Assembly: GCA_016935335.1 (NCBI GenBank)
Contig: JAFGRE010000129.1
Span: forward strand, 3,403 to 67,402
DNA: 64,000 nucleotides
Reading direction: 5' to 3'
DNA from: Deltaproteobacteria bacterium
Lineage (GTDB): Bacteria > Desulfobacterota > WTBG01 > JAGOGO01
In this document: positions 10,501 through 20,946 of the stretch, piece by piece
How the letters are laid out: every line of letters begins with the position of its first letter
How positions within the stretch are numbered: the stretch's first letter is position 1
Notes under the pieces: model-generated
Told to the model about the DNA's origin: nothing
Database searches by the model: none
What the model saw: only the letters and a program-made list of their open reading frames with translations
Position numbers and translations under genes: made by a program

Positions 10501-11556
10501 ATGAAAAAATTGTTTCCTCATATGCTTAGGCGGTCGATTCCGGGGCTCTTAATTGGAATAGTCTGTTTTGCTTCGGTGGGGTGTTTGGAAACTCAACAAG
10601 AGCTGGTTCTTAATCCTGATGGCTCAGGAAAACTGACTGCCCAATACATTCTTGGGGAAAAGCTCACCGGAACAATGGAGGAGTCGGAAGCTTCTCCGAA
10701 ACCAGCGACTGCACAGACACCCAGTGAAAGAGATTTGCCGTTGACGGCGGAAGCGCTGGGGAAACAGTTCCAGGGAGAGAGCATCGAAATTGAGAGTTCT
10801 CTTTTTGAAAAAAAGGACGGCCGTTATCATATCTCTTATACCATTGCCTTCAAAAGTCTTGTAGAGTTTCTCAGCACTAAGGCTCTCAAGCCCATCGAGG
10901 TAAGTTTCTATAAGGATGTAACTACCAATAGTTTAGCTTTTCATATGGGTATCAAACCCTTTCTGAAAAGAGTCGTATCCGACCCCGACTTGTTGGAGGG
11001 TTTAAAGGCGAATGTAACGGTAACATTCCCCACCAAAGTACTAGAGACCAACGCAGATAGTCGCGAAGCAGAGAGACTCACGTGGAATTACACGCGAGAA
11101 AAATTGGAACCCGAAGAGATGGATGCGCGGTGTGAGGGATCAGGGCTGACTTTTTTGGCGACGCTCCCCGCGTTTGCCAAAAAGGTAGTCACCGCTGAAT
11201 ATGTTTATGATCCCACGGGAAAGCCCGACCCCTTCAGGCCCTTTATCCTGGAAATTAGTCGCCCTAAAGAGACGTTTACAAAACCCCTTCATCCCTTGCA
11301 GCAATACGATATCAGTCAATTGAAGCTTGTGGCAATCGTGTGGAAGTCTTCGAATCCTCGAGCTCTCTTGGAAGATGCGGCTGGGAAGGGATTCATTGTT
11401 ACCGAAGGAACTTATGTGGGGAAGAACGATGGTACAATAACTGATATTACAACCAAAGAGGTCATTATCACCGAAAAAGCCATGAACATTTTTGGCGAGA
11501 CAAAAATCACGAAAATCAGATTAAGCCTCCAGGAAGAGGAGAGGGGAAAGAAATGA
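10501..11556 (+). CDS. pilP: PilP-like lipoprotein with a long N-terminal extension
   Basis: 351 aa; lipobox (LIGIVCFASVGC); C-terminal about 90 aa resemble the PilP domain (LKLVAIVWKSSNPRALLEDAAGKGFIVTEGTYVG); 4 nt overlap with pilQ. Confidence 0.65.
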   Translation: MKKLFPHMLRRSIPGLLIGIVCFASVGCLETQQELVLNPDGSGKLTAQYILGEKLTGTMEESEASPKPATAQTPSERDLPLTAEALGKQFQGESIEIESSLFEKKDGRYHISYTIAFKSLVEFLSTKALKPIEVSFYKDVTTNSLAFHMGIKPFLKRVVSDPDLLEGLKANVTVTFPTKVLETNADSREAERLTWNYTREKLEPEEMDARCEGSGLTFLATLPAFAKKVVTAEYVYDPTGKPDPFRPFILEISRPKETFTKPLHPLQQYDISQLKLVAIVWKSSNPRALLEDAAGKGFIVTEGTYVGKNDGTITDITTKEVIITEKAMNIFGETKITKIRLSLQEEERGKK

Positions 11557-14111
11557 GCCCAACAACGTATCGAAACTTGGTGAGTAAGTCGATATTGTTA
11601 CCGATATTCATATTGTTGTTAATCGGCGGATGTGCAAGCCAGTCGCCTTACCAGTCGCAGTCCCAGGCGCCGGCACCTTCCCCGGCAACCCCGGTTTCAG
11701 AGCCGCAGGTTGTTCAGTCGGCATCGATTGCAGGCATCGCCGTCGAGGAACAAGAAGATTCCCTTCGAGTGATCATCAAAGGTTCAGAACCGCTTACCTA
11801 TACGGTTACCCAGATGGAGTTTCCGGTTCGCCTCGTTGTCGATGTGACTGGCGCCAGACTTGAAGTTCCCACTGAAACTGTCTCCGTAAATAAGATGGGT
11901 ATCACCGAGGTGTGGCCTTCCGAAATGGAATTATCGGGAGAGCCGGCAACGAGAATAGAGATAGGATTAAGTACGTACGCTGCCAATTACGAAGTCGTTC
12001 CCTCAGGAAATGACCTGGTTATCAACTTTGCTCCCTCCTCGGCAGGAGAATCTCCTGCTCAGATAGCCCAAAACATTGTTGATGTGTTGATTGACCATAC
12101 TGGAAATTCTACCACGATCGACATCGTTGCTGATGGAACGATTGAGGATTATAACCATTTTGTCCTTGGGCAACCGACTCGTTTGGTTGTGGATTTTCCC
12201 GGTCTTGCTGCTCTGCTACCTTTCGCAGAAAAGGAATCAGAAAGCCCCTTCATTGAGAAGGTCCGCTACGGTAACCATCCCGACTTTTTGCGAATGGTCT
12301 TTGACGCTCCCTTTACTGATCAACTTCCGTACCAAATTGCTGCCCGGAGCAGGGGAATTACGATAATGATCGGGGCCGAGCTTGACGCAAACGATACCGA
12401 GCCGATAACCATGGCTTCAGTCTCTCCAGATCAGGAGCAGGCACCTGCCCAGCCGGCTGAATCACTACAACAAAAAATCGATCTGCCTGAGGCCGTGCCT
12501 CCTGAAGACAAGGAACTACAGGAACCGGAACCGCCACAATCAGAAGCTGGAGCACCAATTTCTCTCCTTGCAGAAGAAGCAAGCGATACTACTGTCGCTG
12601 ATTCCGATCAAGAAACCGATGAGGCGTCAATGTCGGAGAAGTCCATGGAGGAGCCATCAGCAGATCCTCTACCCACCGCCGAATCCACACCGGCTGTCGA
12701 TGAGAGCAACCCGCCAGAAGATATCGCGCCACCAACCGAGGAATCCCCAACGATTGCGGAAAAAGACCACCCGGCGAAAGACTCTGCCGCTCTCGACCTG
12801 GCAACAATGGATGAATCGGGAACCCCTCGGTACACTGGTGAAAAGATCTCTTTAGACTTCAAAGACGCGGATATCAGGAACATCCTTAGATTAATTGCGG
12901 AGGTGAGCAATCTGAATGTTGTGGCCGGCGACGATGTTCAGGGAACGGTTACTATTCGATTAACCGATGTGCCGTGGGATCAGGCGCTGGATGTCATCCT
13001 TTTAAGTAACAATCTCGGGAAAACCCTTGAAGGGAATATTCTGCGGGTGGTGCCCATGGAACGACTTAGCCGGGAGCGGGCAGCCGAAATCGCCGAGCAA
13101 GAGACCGCTGTTAAGCTCGAACCATTGAAGAAGGGTTTAATCCCGGTGAGTTATGCTGATGTTGATGAACTGAAAAATGTGATTCAAAACGCCAAAGTCT
13201 TATCTTCTCGTGGAAACTTGGAGACCGATCAGCGGACTAACACGATCATTGTTATCGATATTGCCGAAAACATACGCGAGGCCGAGCGCATAATTAATCA
13301 GCTCGATACCCCTACCCCCCAAGTCCTTATTGAGGCGAAAGTCGTCCAAATCAACCCCACCTATACCAAGGAACTGGGAGTTACGTGGGAGAGCGGCTAT
13401 ACCACGAAACGGAATGACGCTCTGATCGGGATCGGTGGCAATCAGGGAGTTGATATCGACCTTGATGCCGGATCCGTTACAACAAAAGGGACGATCGTCG
13501 ACCTTGCGCCGGCAGTTGGCGCCGGCAGCGGCGGTGCTATTAGTTTTGGGTTTCTGAATCCGAACTTCGGTCTCTTTCAGAAAATCGCCGCCCTGGAGAA
13601 AGATGAGAAGCTGGAAATTATCTCCAGCCCTCGGATCATGACTTTGGATAACCAGGAAGCTTTGATCGAGCAGGGAGTCGATCTGCCCTACCTGAAGCTC
13701 TCGGAAGAGGGAGTAACCTCCACCGAGTTTAAGAAAGCCACGCTTGCCTTGAAAGTCACGCCTCACGTGACGGCGGCGAACAGCATTCAGATGGAAATCG
13801 AGGTCAAGAAAGATCAAAAATCAGCGCAGACCGGTGCGAGCGGTGAACCGGGGATTGACACCCGCCGCGCTGAAACAAATGTTTTAGTTCCCAACGGCGA
13901 TACGGTGGTGATCGGAGGAATTTATGAAGAAATCAGCACTGACATTCATAACAGCGTTCCCTTCTTCGGCCGCCTCCCCATAATCAGTTTCATGTTTAAA
14001 AACACCAGCACTAAGAAGGAAAAGACTGAACTTATCGTCTTTATCACGCCCACCATTGTCCAAATTGAGAAAGCCCCGACGGTTGCCGTCACCTCTGACA
14101 TCATCGAATAG
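11553..14111 (+). CDS. pilQ: Type IV pilus secretin PilQ with two AMIN domains and a long acidic Pro/Glu/Ala-rich linker
   Basis: 852 aa; lipobox LLIGGCAS; two AMIN-like repeats; secretin C-domain (VPFFGRLPIISFMF...TELIVFITPTIV). Confidence 0.9.
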   Translation: MSPTTYRNLVSKSILLPIFILLLIGGCASQSPYQSQSQAPAPSPATPVSEPQVVQSASIAGIAVEEQEDSLRVIIKGSEPLTYTVTQMEFPVRLVVDVTGARLEVPTETVSVNKMGITEVWPSEMELSGEPATRIEIGLSTYAANYEVVPSGNDLVINFAPSSAGESPAQIAQNIVDVLIDHTGNSTTIDIVADGTIEDYNHFVLGQPTRLVVDFPGLAALLPFAEKESESPFIEKVRYGNHPDFLRMVFDAPFTDQLPYQIAARSRGITIMIGAELDANDTEPITMASVSPDQEQAPAQPAESLQQKIDLPEAVPPEDKELQEPEPPQSEAGAPISLLAEEASDTTVADSDQETDEASMSEKSMEEPSADPLPTAESTPAVDESNPPEDIAPPTEESPTIAEKDHPAKDSAALDLATMDESGTPRYTGEKISLDFKDADIRNILRLIAEVSNLNVVAGDDVQGTVTIRLTDVPWDQALDVILLSNNLGKTLEGNILRVVPMERLSRERAAEIAEQETAVKLEPLKKGLIPVSYADVDELKNVIQNAKVLSSRGNLETDQRTNTIIVIDIAENIREAERIINQLDTPTPQVLIEAKVVQINPTYTKELGVTWESGYTTKRNDALIGIGGNQGVDIDLDAGSVTTKGTIVDLAPAVGAGSGGAISFGFLNPNFGLFQKIAALEKDEKLEIISSPRIMTLDNQEALIEQGVDLPYLKLSEEGVTSTEFKKATLALKVTPHVTAANSIQMEIEVKKDQKSAQTGASGEPGIDTRRAETNVLVPNGDTVVIGGIYEEISTDIHNSVPFFGRLPIISFMFKNTSTKKEKTELIVFITPTIVQIEKAPTVAVTSDIIE

Positions 14112-14138
14112 TCTTTTTTTAGGGCGAGGTCTTTCTAA

Positions 14139-14176
14139 AATGCACCTTCCCGTCAAAGGGGGTGCATTTTTTACCT
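14139..14176 (+). terminator. Rho-independent terminator after pilQ
   Basis: Inverted repeat AAATGCACC ... GGTGCATTT followed by TTTTT immediately after the pilQ stop. Confidence 0.6.
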
Positions 14177-14228
14177 GTCGCAAAGAATAACCATAACCCA
14201 GCACTCTTCAACAAGCGGAAACGAACAT

Positions 14229-15410
14229 ATGATACGATTTCTCACAGCCGGTGAATCTCATGGAAAGTGCCTGACTGTTATCATCGAAGGGTTTCCTGCC
14301 GATATTGCGTTGGAACCTGAAGATATTGATCGCGATTTGGCCCGGCGCCAAATCAGCTACGGCCGGGGAAAGCGAATGGAAATTGAAACGGATCATGTTG
14401 AAATCACCTCCGGGGTCCGGTGGGGAAAGACCTTAGGGTCACCCATAACTCTTATAATAGAAAACAAGGATTGGATTAACTGGAAGGCGGCGATGTCCGT
14501 AAGCGCAGAAGACAGTGATACAATCGCACCGGTTTCTCGCCCCCGTCCAGGACACGCGGATTTGCCGGGAGCGTTAAAATATAATCAAAGGGACATTCGC
14601 GCGATCTTGGAAAGAGCGAGTGCTCGGGAGACTGCTGCTCGCGTGGCGGTGGGAGCGGCGTGCAAAGCTTTGCTCAAGGAATTTGACATCCGATTCGTCT
14701 CCTACACAAAGGCTATCGGCGGCATCACTGCCGACCTTTCCGGCATCTCCCTCTCAGAAATCGTTTCCCGCGTTGAAACTTCCGACCTACGGTGTGCTGA
14801 TGAAGACGCCGCGCGCAGAATGAAGACGCGCATTGATGAAGCCAGAGCACAAGGCGATACCATCGGGGGGGTTGTGGAAATTATCGCTGCCGGAATTCCT
14901 CCGGGGCTGGGAAGCCATGTTCATTGGGATCGAAAACTGGATGGAAGGATAGCGCAATCGCTTATGAGTATTCAGGCAGTGAAAGGCGTGGAAATTGGGT
15001 TGGGTTTTGAAAGCGCCGAGCGGTCTGGTTCGCAGGTTCACGACGAACTTTTTTATCAACCTTCCGGAGAAAAGGAAGGCCCCCGGCGAGGGTTCTATCG
15101 TAAGACTAATAATGCCGGCGGTATTGAGGGAGGTATGAGCAATGGCGAGCCGATGGTTGTTCGGTGCGCCATGAAGCCTATCGCCACCCTCATGAAGCCT
15201 TTAAGATCCGTGGATATTCTTAGCAAACAGGCAGTGGAAGCAGCCGTGGAGCGATCCGACGTCTGTCGCGTTCCTTCTTTGGCGGTGATCGCTGAAGCAG
15301 TGGTTGCCTATGAAGTAGCCCGGGCGTTCGTGGAAAAATTTGGTGGGGACTCTCTCGGACAAATCCAATCACAGTACAGACAGTATTGGAACGCCTTGGA
15401 AGCGTTTTAA
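14229..15410 (+). CDS. aroC: Chorismate synthase
   Basis: 393 aa; N-terminal [24 protein letters not shown] signature. Confidence 0.9.
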   Translation: MIRFLTAGESHGKCLTVIIEGFPADIALEPEDIDRDLARRQISYGRGKRMEIETDHVEITSGVRWGKTLGSPITLIIENKDWINWKAAMSVSAEDSDTIAPVSRPRPGHADLPGALKYNQRDIRAILERASARETAARVAVGAACKALLKEFDIRFVSYTKAIGGITADLSGISLSEIVSRVETSDLRCADEDAARRMKTRIDEARAQGDTIGGVVEIIAAGIPPGLGSHVHWDRKLDGRIAQSLMSIQAVKGVEIGLGFESAERSGSQVHDELFYQPSGEKEGPRRGFYRKTNNAGGIEGGMSNGEPMVVRCAMKPIATLMKPLRSVDILSKQAVEAAVERSDVCRVPSLAVIAEAVVAYEVARAFVEKFGGDSLGQIQSQYRQYWNALEAF

Positions 15411-15420
15411 AGGAGACACG

Positions 15421-15858
15421 ATGAACAAAATCCTTGTCCTTCACGGGCCGAACCTTAACTTGCTGGGACAACGGGAAGTGGGGGTGTATGGTACCCTTAC
15501 CTTAGAACAAATAAACGACGCATTAGAAGCGTTTGCCGGCGAGCATGATATTCTTGTTGAGACCTATCAGTCTAATTCCGAAGGAGATTTGGTAACCAAG
15601 ATACAAAATGCGAAAGGCTCTTGGGATGCTCTCGTCATCAACCCTGCGGCATACACTCATACCAGTATCGCCATCAGGGATGCATTGGCAGCGATAGACA
15701 TTCCCGTCGTGGAAGTCCACCTTTCCAACATTTACCAGCGAGAAGAATTCAGGCACCGCTCTCTTACCGCACCCGTTGCGATCGGCATCATATCAGGATT
15801 CGGTGTCGACAGCTATCTTCTAGGCCTCAGGGCAGCCTTTAATTACCTTTCGAGGTAA
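15421..15858 (+). CDS. aroQ: 3-dehydroquinate dehydratase, type II
   Basis: Start placed at the internal ATG at 15421 ([19 protein letters not shown]), the canonical AroQ N-terminus. The ORF-track start at 15340 overlaps aroC and is rejected. Confidence 0.9.
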   Translation: MNKILVLHGPNLNLLGQREVGVYGTLTLEQINDALEAFAGEHDILVETYQSNSEGDLVTKIQNAKGSWDALVINPAAYTHTSIAIRDALAAIDIPVVEVHLSNIYQREEFRHRSLTAPVAIGIISGFGVDSYLLGLRAAFNYLSR

Positions 15859-15869
15859 AGGCCGATCAT

Positions 15870-16259
15870 CTATTTCCATAAGATACTGGTTAGTGCGCCG
15901 GCCATACAGAGCGCTATTCCCACTAATGTTCCCTTGCTGGGAATCTCACTGTACCATGCCCAGGTTATCAGGGCCACCATCATTAAGCCCGCACCGTAAG
16001 CGGTTACTTGAATAATCCAGAGCTTTTTGAACCAAAAGTGATAGGCATAATAATAAACTGCCCAAAAAAGTACATTGGTAAAAATCAAAGCGGGAGTGGC
16101 CAGTATGGCGAACATCCCCCAGAAACTCCACGCCGGCTTGCATCGATATCCCAATATCACTCTCGCCCCCACATGATCGATCTGCCAGTAATTCAGGATG
16201 GTGAAAACGGCGAATCCAAAACTGATAAGGCTAAACATCAGAATCCATCGAATAATCAT
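15870..16259 (-). CDS. Hypothetical integral membrane protein (4 predicted transmembrane helices)
   Basis: 129 aa, very hydrophobic; no family recognised. Confidence 0.5.
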   Translation of the reverse strand: MIIRWILMFSLISFGFAVFTILNYWQIDHVGARVILGYRCKPAWSFWGMFAILATPALIFTNVLFWAVYYYAYHFWFKKLWIIQVTAYGAGLMMVALITWAWYSEIPSKGTLVGIALCMAGALTSILWK

Positions 16260-16429
16260 AAATTCCCTCCACCAGTGGTGTCAGCTTTCGAAAATTTTCC
16301 CAATAATCCTTTAATTCTCCCTTTCTGTAAAGAAAAATTTTGTTGGAGAAGAAACATTTTGTTTTCCGAGCAAGGAATGTGTATCTTAAGAAATACATGG
16401 TTATTTGAGTATAAATCAATACGCTGAGG

Positions 16430-17095
16430 ATGATGATGAAATTAAACAAGTGGATCTACTTTTACCGAGAAAACGGCATGCTGGATTGCAATACCTACCT
16501 CATAAAAAATGAAAAGACCATGATTGTTGATGTAGGTTTGGACAAAAATCTGCCGTTGCTCCTGGCGGCACTCAAGGAAGATGGTATCGATCTCCATGAG
16601 ATCGACCTTGTTGTCAACACCCATCTCCACGTTGACCACGCCTGGGCAAATACACCATTCAAAGAGAAATCAGGCGCTCTGATTGAGCTTGCCCCGGTTC
16701 AAAAAGAACATTACCCGATAAGTGTGCGCCAGACCTCTCGGTTCTTCGGCCTTGAGCCGATTGAATTTGATGAGGACGGCCTTCTCAATACTTCCATAAA
16801 TTTGGGCACAGAAGAAGTGGATATCATCCATACGCCAGGGCACTCTCCTGACAGTGTTTGCTTTTATTGCAAAGAGAGCAAAGCTCTCATCTGTGGCGAT
16901 CTTATCTTTGATTGCAACACTGGCCGGTCTGACCTCCCGGGCGGTAATGGAGAGCAATTGAGACAATCCATAAATAAAATAGCTGAATTGGATATTGAAC
17001 TCCTTCTCCCCGGCCACATGGATATTATCACCGATAAGACCCGAATCAAACAAAACTTCGAATACGTGAGAGCCAATGTCTTTCCCTGGCTGTAA
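16430..17095 (+). CDS. MBL-fold metallo-hydrolase
   Basis: 221 aa; HLHVDH metal-binding motif; beta-lactamase-fold architecture. Confidence 0.8.
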   Translation: MMMKLNKWIYFYRENGMLDCNTYLIKNEKTMIVDVGLDKNLPLLLAALKEDGIDLHEIDLVVNTHLHVDHAWANTPFKEKSGALIELAPVQKEHYPISVRQTSRFFGLEPIEFDEDGLLNTSINLGTEEVDIIHTPGHSPDSVCFYCKESKALICGDLIFDCNTGRSDLPGGNGEQLRQSINKIAELDIELLLPGHMDIITDKTRIKQNFEYVRANVFPWL

Positions 17096-18251
17096 TACCA
17101 CCAACCTATCCTTTGAGCAAGGTCCGATTCGCCCTCCCAACGAAGCGCGGAGCCTTCTCATTCGGGTAACCCGCAACTGCCCCTGGAACAAGTGTGGATT
17201 TTGCCGAACCTATCGCGGCCAACGCTTCAGCATCCGCACGGTCGAAGAGGTGAAGCAGGATATTACTACTATTAAAACCATCCACGACGAAATAAAAACC
17301 ACCTCGTGGCGCTTGGGCTTCCGAGGCGATATTAACCAGCCGGCGCTGGAATACTTTTTTCGCAGCCCCCAGGGATACTCAAGCAGCTTTATGAACGTGG
17401 CGCTGTGGCTCTATTACGGAGAGGGATCGGTCTTCTTGCAGGATGGAAATAATCTGGCGATGAAGACGAATGACCTTATAGAGATCCTGAATTTCCTCAC
17501 AAAAACCTTTCCGGAAATAACAAGAGTCACGACCTATGCCCGGGCCAAAACAATCGCCACCCGGAGAAGCGGAGACGAATTGAAAGCGCTTCATCAAGCC
17601 GGACTCAGCCGCATCCATATCGGGCTGGAAAGCGGCTGCAACGAAGTCCTCGAGTTGGTCAAAAAAGGAGTTACTGCCGACGAACATATCCTGGCCGGGC
17701 AAAAAGTCAAAAAGTCCGGCCTATCACTTTCGGAATACGTTATACCCGGTTTGGGAGGCAGAATGCTCTGGCAAAAACATGCCGTGGAGACGGCTCGTGT
17801 GCTCAACGCAATCAATCCAGATTATATCCGTCTTCGAACCCTTCGGGTAGTTGACGGAGCAGGTCTTGATGAAAAAGTAGCGTCAGGCGAATTCGTGCCT
17901 TCAAGCGATGAAGAAATTGTAGAGGAAATTCGACTTATGATAGAACACCTCGACGGTATTCAAAGTTACGTGGTAAGCGATCATATTCTCAATCTTCTTG
18001 AAGAAGTCGGGGGGAAACTGCCTGAACAAAAAGCAGCGATACTTGCTGTCATTGATCGCTTCTTGCAGTTATCCCAAAGTGAGAAAAATAATTTTCGGCT
18101 TGGCCGGCGGGCCGGTGTCTACCGTGGCCTTGATGATATGGAAAATCCGGTCCTTTATCACCAAATCGATGAGGCGCTACAACGAATCTTAAACTCAAAT
18201 GACGATGGTCTTGAAGAGGTCATCGCTGAACTGGCACGGCAATATATTTAA
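17076..18251 (+). CDS. Radical SAM protein with non-canonical CX4CX2C cluster motif
   Basis: 391 aa; CPWNKCGFC near the N-terminus; HIGLESG motif typical of the radical SAM core; overlaps the MBL hydrolase gene by 20 nt. Confidence 0.7.
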   Translation: MSFPGCNTTNLSFEQGPIRPPNEARSLLIRVTRNCPWNKCGFCRTYRGQRFSIRTVEEVKQDITTIKTIHDEIKTTSWRLGFRGDINQPALEYFFRSPQGYSSSFMNVALWLYYGEGSVFLQDGNNLAMKTNDLIEILNFLTKTFPEITRVTTYARAKTIATRRSGDELKALHQAGLSRIHIGLESGCNEVLELVKKGVTADEHILAGQKVKKSGLSLSEYVIPGLGGRMLWQKHAVETARVLNAINPDYIRLRTLRVVDGAGLDEKVASGEFVPSSDEEIVEEIRLMIEHLDGIQSYVVSDHILNLLEEVGGKLPEQKAAILAVIDRFLQLSQSEKNNFRLGRRAGVYRGLDDMENPVLYHQIDEALQRILNSNDDGLEEVIAELARQYI

Positions 18252-18445
18252 TCATCCAAAATCGTATCGGCACCGCGTCACCGGAATCATCGAACAGATC
18301 CTCGCACTAACGAAAAATGATAGTAAGACTCTGACGCTAGCCACTGTTCATAAATTTCACCAGCTCTCAACTTTCGTGTCAAAGTCGTCCGGAGTCTCTA
18401 TTCTAGAATCGTAATCAATGCGGTGAAGGGAGTTGAAAGGTCTTC

Positions 18446-20116
18446 TCAGTCATTGTAAATGATTGTCATGGGACTGTCTTCTTGCAACCCTAATTCTTCT
18501 AGGGCGCTACGTCGCAACTCGTTGCGGTCAATAGCCCCTTCCTCCTCGCCGGGGAACCTTTCCACGATCTTAATCCACCGGGGAGTCTGGTGACGGGATA
18601 TTTGAGTTCGGCAGTATTCCCGAATCGACTGCGCATCAACGTCAGAGTTCTTGTTCATCTTCACAAATGCATAGACTTCTTCGCTAAGGCGCCTGCTGGG
18701 AACCCCGACAACCCGGGCATCAACAGCTCCGGGATAGGTGCAGAGAAACTTCTCGATTTCCAGAGGGTAAATGTTTTCCCCTCCTCGGATGACCATATTG
18801 CGCCTTCGACCGCTTATGAGGTAATATCCTTCTTCATCTCTTGTCCCCAGATCACCGGTATGAAACCACCCCTCTGAGTCTACGAGTTCAGCTGTCTCGC
18901 TGTCCATGTTATAATAGCCCTTCATCATCATCGACGTACGGACGCAGATCTCTCCTTGTTCTCCCGACGGCAAAAGCTCCCCCGTATCAGGATTGATGAC
19001 CTTCATTTCCATCCCCTCCAAAGGTTGCCCAATGGTTTCGATTGCTTTGGGGATGGATTCCTCACATCCTGTCTGGGTTAACAGTCCAATTTCCGTAATA
19101 CCATAGGCGGTAGTCAACTCCGGAATCGCCATCGTGGTGATAATTCTCTCTATCAGCTTTGGGGGACAGAAATCGCCTGAAATCATGCCGGTCCGTAGGC
19201 TTCGGAGGTCAAACGTGGAAAAATCCGGATGGTTAAGAAGATCCGTAAACATCGTCGGCACCCCATAAAGTGCCGTACATCCATGCTGCGCTATGGCTTT
19301 GAGCACGTCAGCGGCGCTGTATTTGGGCATAATCACCATTGAACTCAACGAGCTGAAGGCAACCATAAGCCCCATCCAGAATCCAAAAATATAATGGAAT
19401 GGAAGCGGGAGACAGAGAGTGTCAGACGATCCAAATTTGAGTTTTTCTACGATGGGTAAAGCGTTATTGATAAGACCGAAATGGGTGAGTTCGGCGCCGC
19501 GGGGATAACCCGTCAATCCACAGGTGAATTTGATGATAACGGTATCGAAAGACAAAACCTGTTCCTTGACGGATCGAAAATCATCGTCGGACACCTTGTC
19601 AGCGCGACTCATGACATCCGAAAACGAGGCGAATTTCGATGAGGAGCGATCTCCGATAACGAAAACCTGCTTTAAATTCGGTAGTCTCTTTGATTGAACA
19701 CATCCTCGAGAAAGAATCTCAAGGTCAGGAACAGCTTGATGCAAAACGTTAACGTAGTCAGCCCCATTGCAGCTTTCTATTAGGAACAAAAACTTCACGT
19801 CAGCTTGCAACAAGTCATAATGCAGGTCCCGTACTCGAATATTGGGATTTAAGGGGACCATTGTCGCACCGATCTTACTGAGAGCTAAAAGAAGGAAAAT
19901 CCATTCAGGAATATTGTTTGTCCAAACAGCGACCTTGTCATTCTTTTTTACCCCCAGGTCGATCATTCCGCGGGCTAAGCGGTCAGATATGTGCTTCACC
20001 TCACCGAAGGTAATCCCCTCACCGTTAGGAAGGTTGATGACCGCCGTCTTTTCAGGCATTTTATCGGCCTGATTGTCGAAAAAATTCCCTACGCTGGTGT
20101 TTTCTATCCATTTCAT
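18446..20116 (-). CDS. AMP-dependent synthetase/ligase (acyl-CoA synthetase family)
   Basis: 556 aa; adenylate-forming enzyme motifs (TGDLG, YGxTE-like, C-terminal Lys region). Confidence 0.85.
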   Translation of the reverse strand: MKWIENTSVGNFFDNQADKMPEKTAVINLPNGEGITFGEVKHISDRLARGMIDLGVKKNDKVAVWTNNIPEWIFLLLALSKIGATMVPLNPNIRVRDLHYDLLQADVKFLFLIESCNGADYVNVLHQAVPDLEILSRGCVQSKRLPNLKQVFVIGDRSSSKFASFSDVMSRADKVSDDDFRSVKEQVLSFDTVIIKFTCGLTGYPRGAELTHFGLINNALPIVEKLKFGSSDTLCLPLPFHYIFGFWMGLMVAFSSLSSMVIMPKYSAADVLKAIAQHGCTALYGVPTMFTDLLNHPDFSTFDLRSLRTGMISGDFCPPKLIERIITTMAIPELTTAYGITEIGLLTQTGCEESIPKAIETIGQPLEGMEMKVINPDTGELLPSGEQGEICVRTSMMMKGYYNMDSETAELVDSEGWFHTGDLGTRDEEGYYLISGRRRNMVIRGGENIYPLEIEKFLCTYPGAVDARVVGVPSRRLSEEVYAFVKMNKNSDVDAQSIREYCRTQISRHQTPRWIKIVERFPGEEEGAIDRNELRRSALEELGLQEDSPMTIIYND

Positions 20117-20176
20117 GAGGTACTCTTCCTACGCTGTCTCAATAATCCGGTACAGGTCAAATTTGGTTCATGGTAA

Positions 20177-20668
20177 TTACGTGGTCCGTGATAGCCCCTC
20201 GCCCATTTTTTTCAACAACATCGAAAGTTGCTTCAATTCTTCCTGCGAAAGACAGTTCATTAGGGGGACAAATTCTTCTTCATATGCTGAAACTATCTCT
20301 TCGAAAAGCTCTCTCCCTTTGACCGTAAGCCGAACCCACATCTTGCGGCGATCTTCTCGGTCACGATCCCTTATGACCAGCCCGTCCCTTTCGAGGTGAT
20401 CAACAATAGGAGTGATATTTCCCTTGGAGACCAACAGTTCCTGACCTATTTTCCCGAGGGGCATATCTCCCTGCAATCCCAAGGTTGTTAAAACATACAG
20501 TTGGGGGAGGGTTAAACCTTTCCTTCCCACCTTTCTTCGAATTTCCGTGGAGATAACAGTGTATACCCGTAAAATCCTTACCCAAACACTGGTGGAAAGT
20601 TCTTTTAAAAAAGTCCTTTTGGATCGAGATGTTGAGGGTCCTATGGCGTTTCCTCCTCTCCCCATCAC
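20177..20668 (-). CDS. MarR family transcriptional regulator
   Basis: 163 aa; winged-helix MarR signature (LTLPQLYVLTTLG...DRRKMWVRLTVKGREL). Confidence 0.8.
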   Translation of the reverse strand: MMGRGGNAIGPSTSRSKRTFLKELSTSVWVRILRVYTVISTEIRRKVGRKGLTLPQLYVLTTLGLQGDMPLGKIGQELLVSKGNITPIVDHLERDGLVIRDRDREDRRKMWVRLTVKGRELFEEIVSAYEEEFVPLMNCLSQEELKQLSMLLKKMGEGLSRTT

Positions 20669-20946
20669 CCCAAAGAATTGGAAATGCAGTTAACCAAATT
20701 TTTTTATCATACATTAGAATTTAAGTCAATTTTTTTCCCTCCAGGTGTTTTACACTCCCGCAAGAAGTTCCGAAGAATTAACACTGCTGGGCCGCCGCGC
20801 ACAAGAGACATCACATCCATCTAAGCTTCGTTTCAGCTGTTCTCCCCGATCTAGGCAAATTTATTGACAAAATCGGCTCTTTTTTGTTATCAAGGTATAC
20901 AGCGCACCCATGTTATAAACATTTTCCACACATCGCATCCTTTATC

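Noticed and set aside
12091-12910. Several 70-100 aa ORFs on both strands inside pilQ
   Set aside because: Shadow ORFs within the PilQ Pro/Glu-rich linker region, where biased codon usage leaves all frames open.
15340-15420. ORF-track start of the aroQ ORF at 15340, which would overlap aroC by about 70 nt
   Set aside because: The canonical type II dehydroquinase N-terminus ([13 protein letters not shown]) begins at the internal ATG at 15421. The upstream extension lies in another frame of the aroC 3' end.
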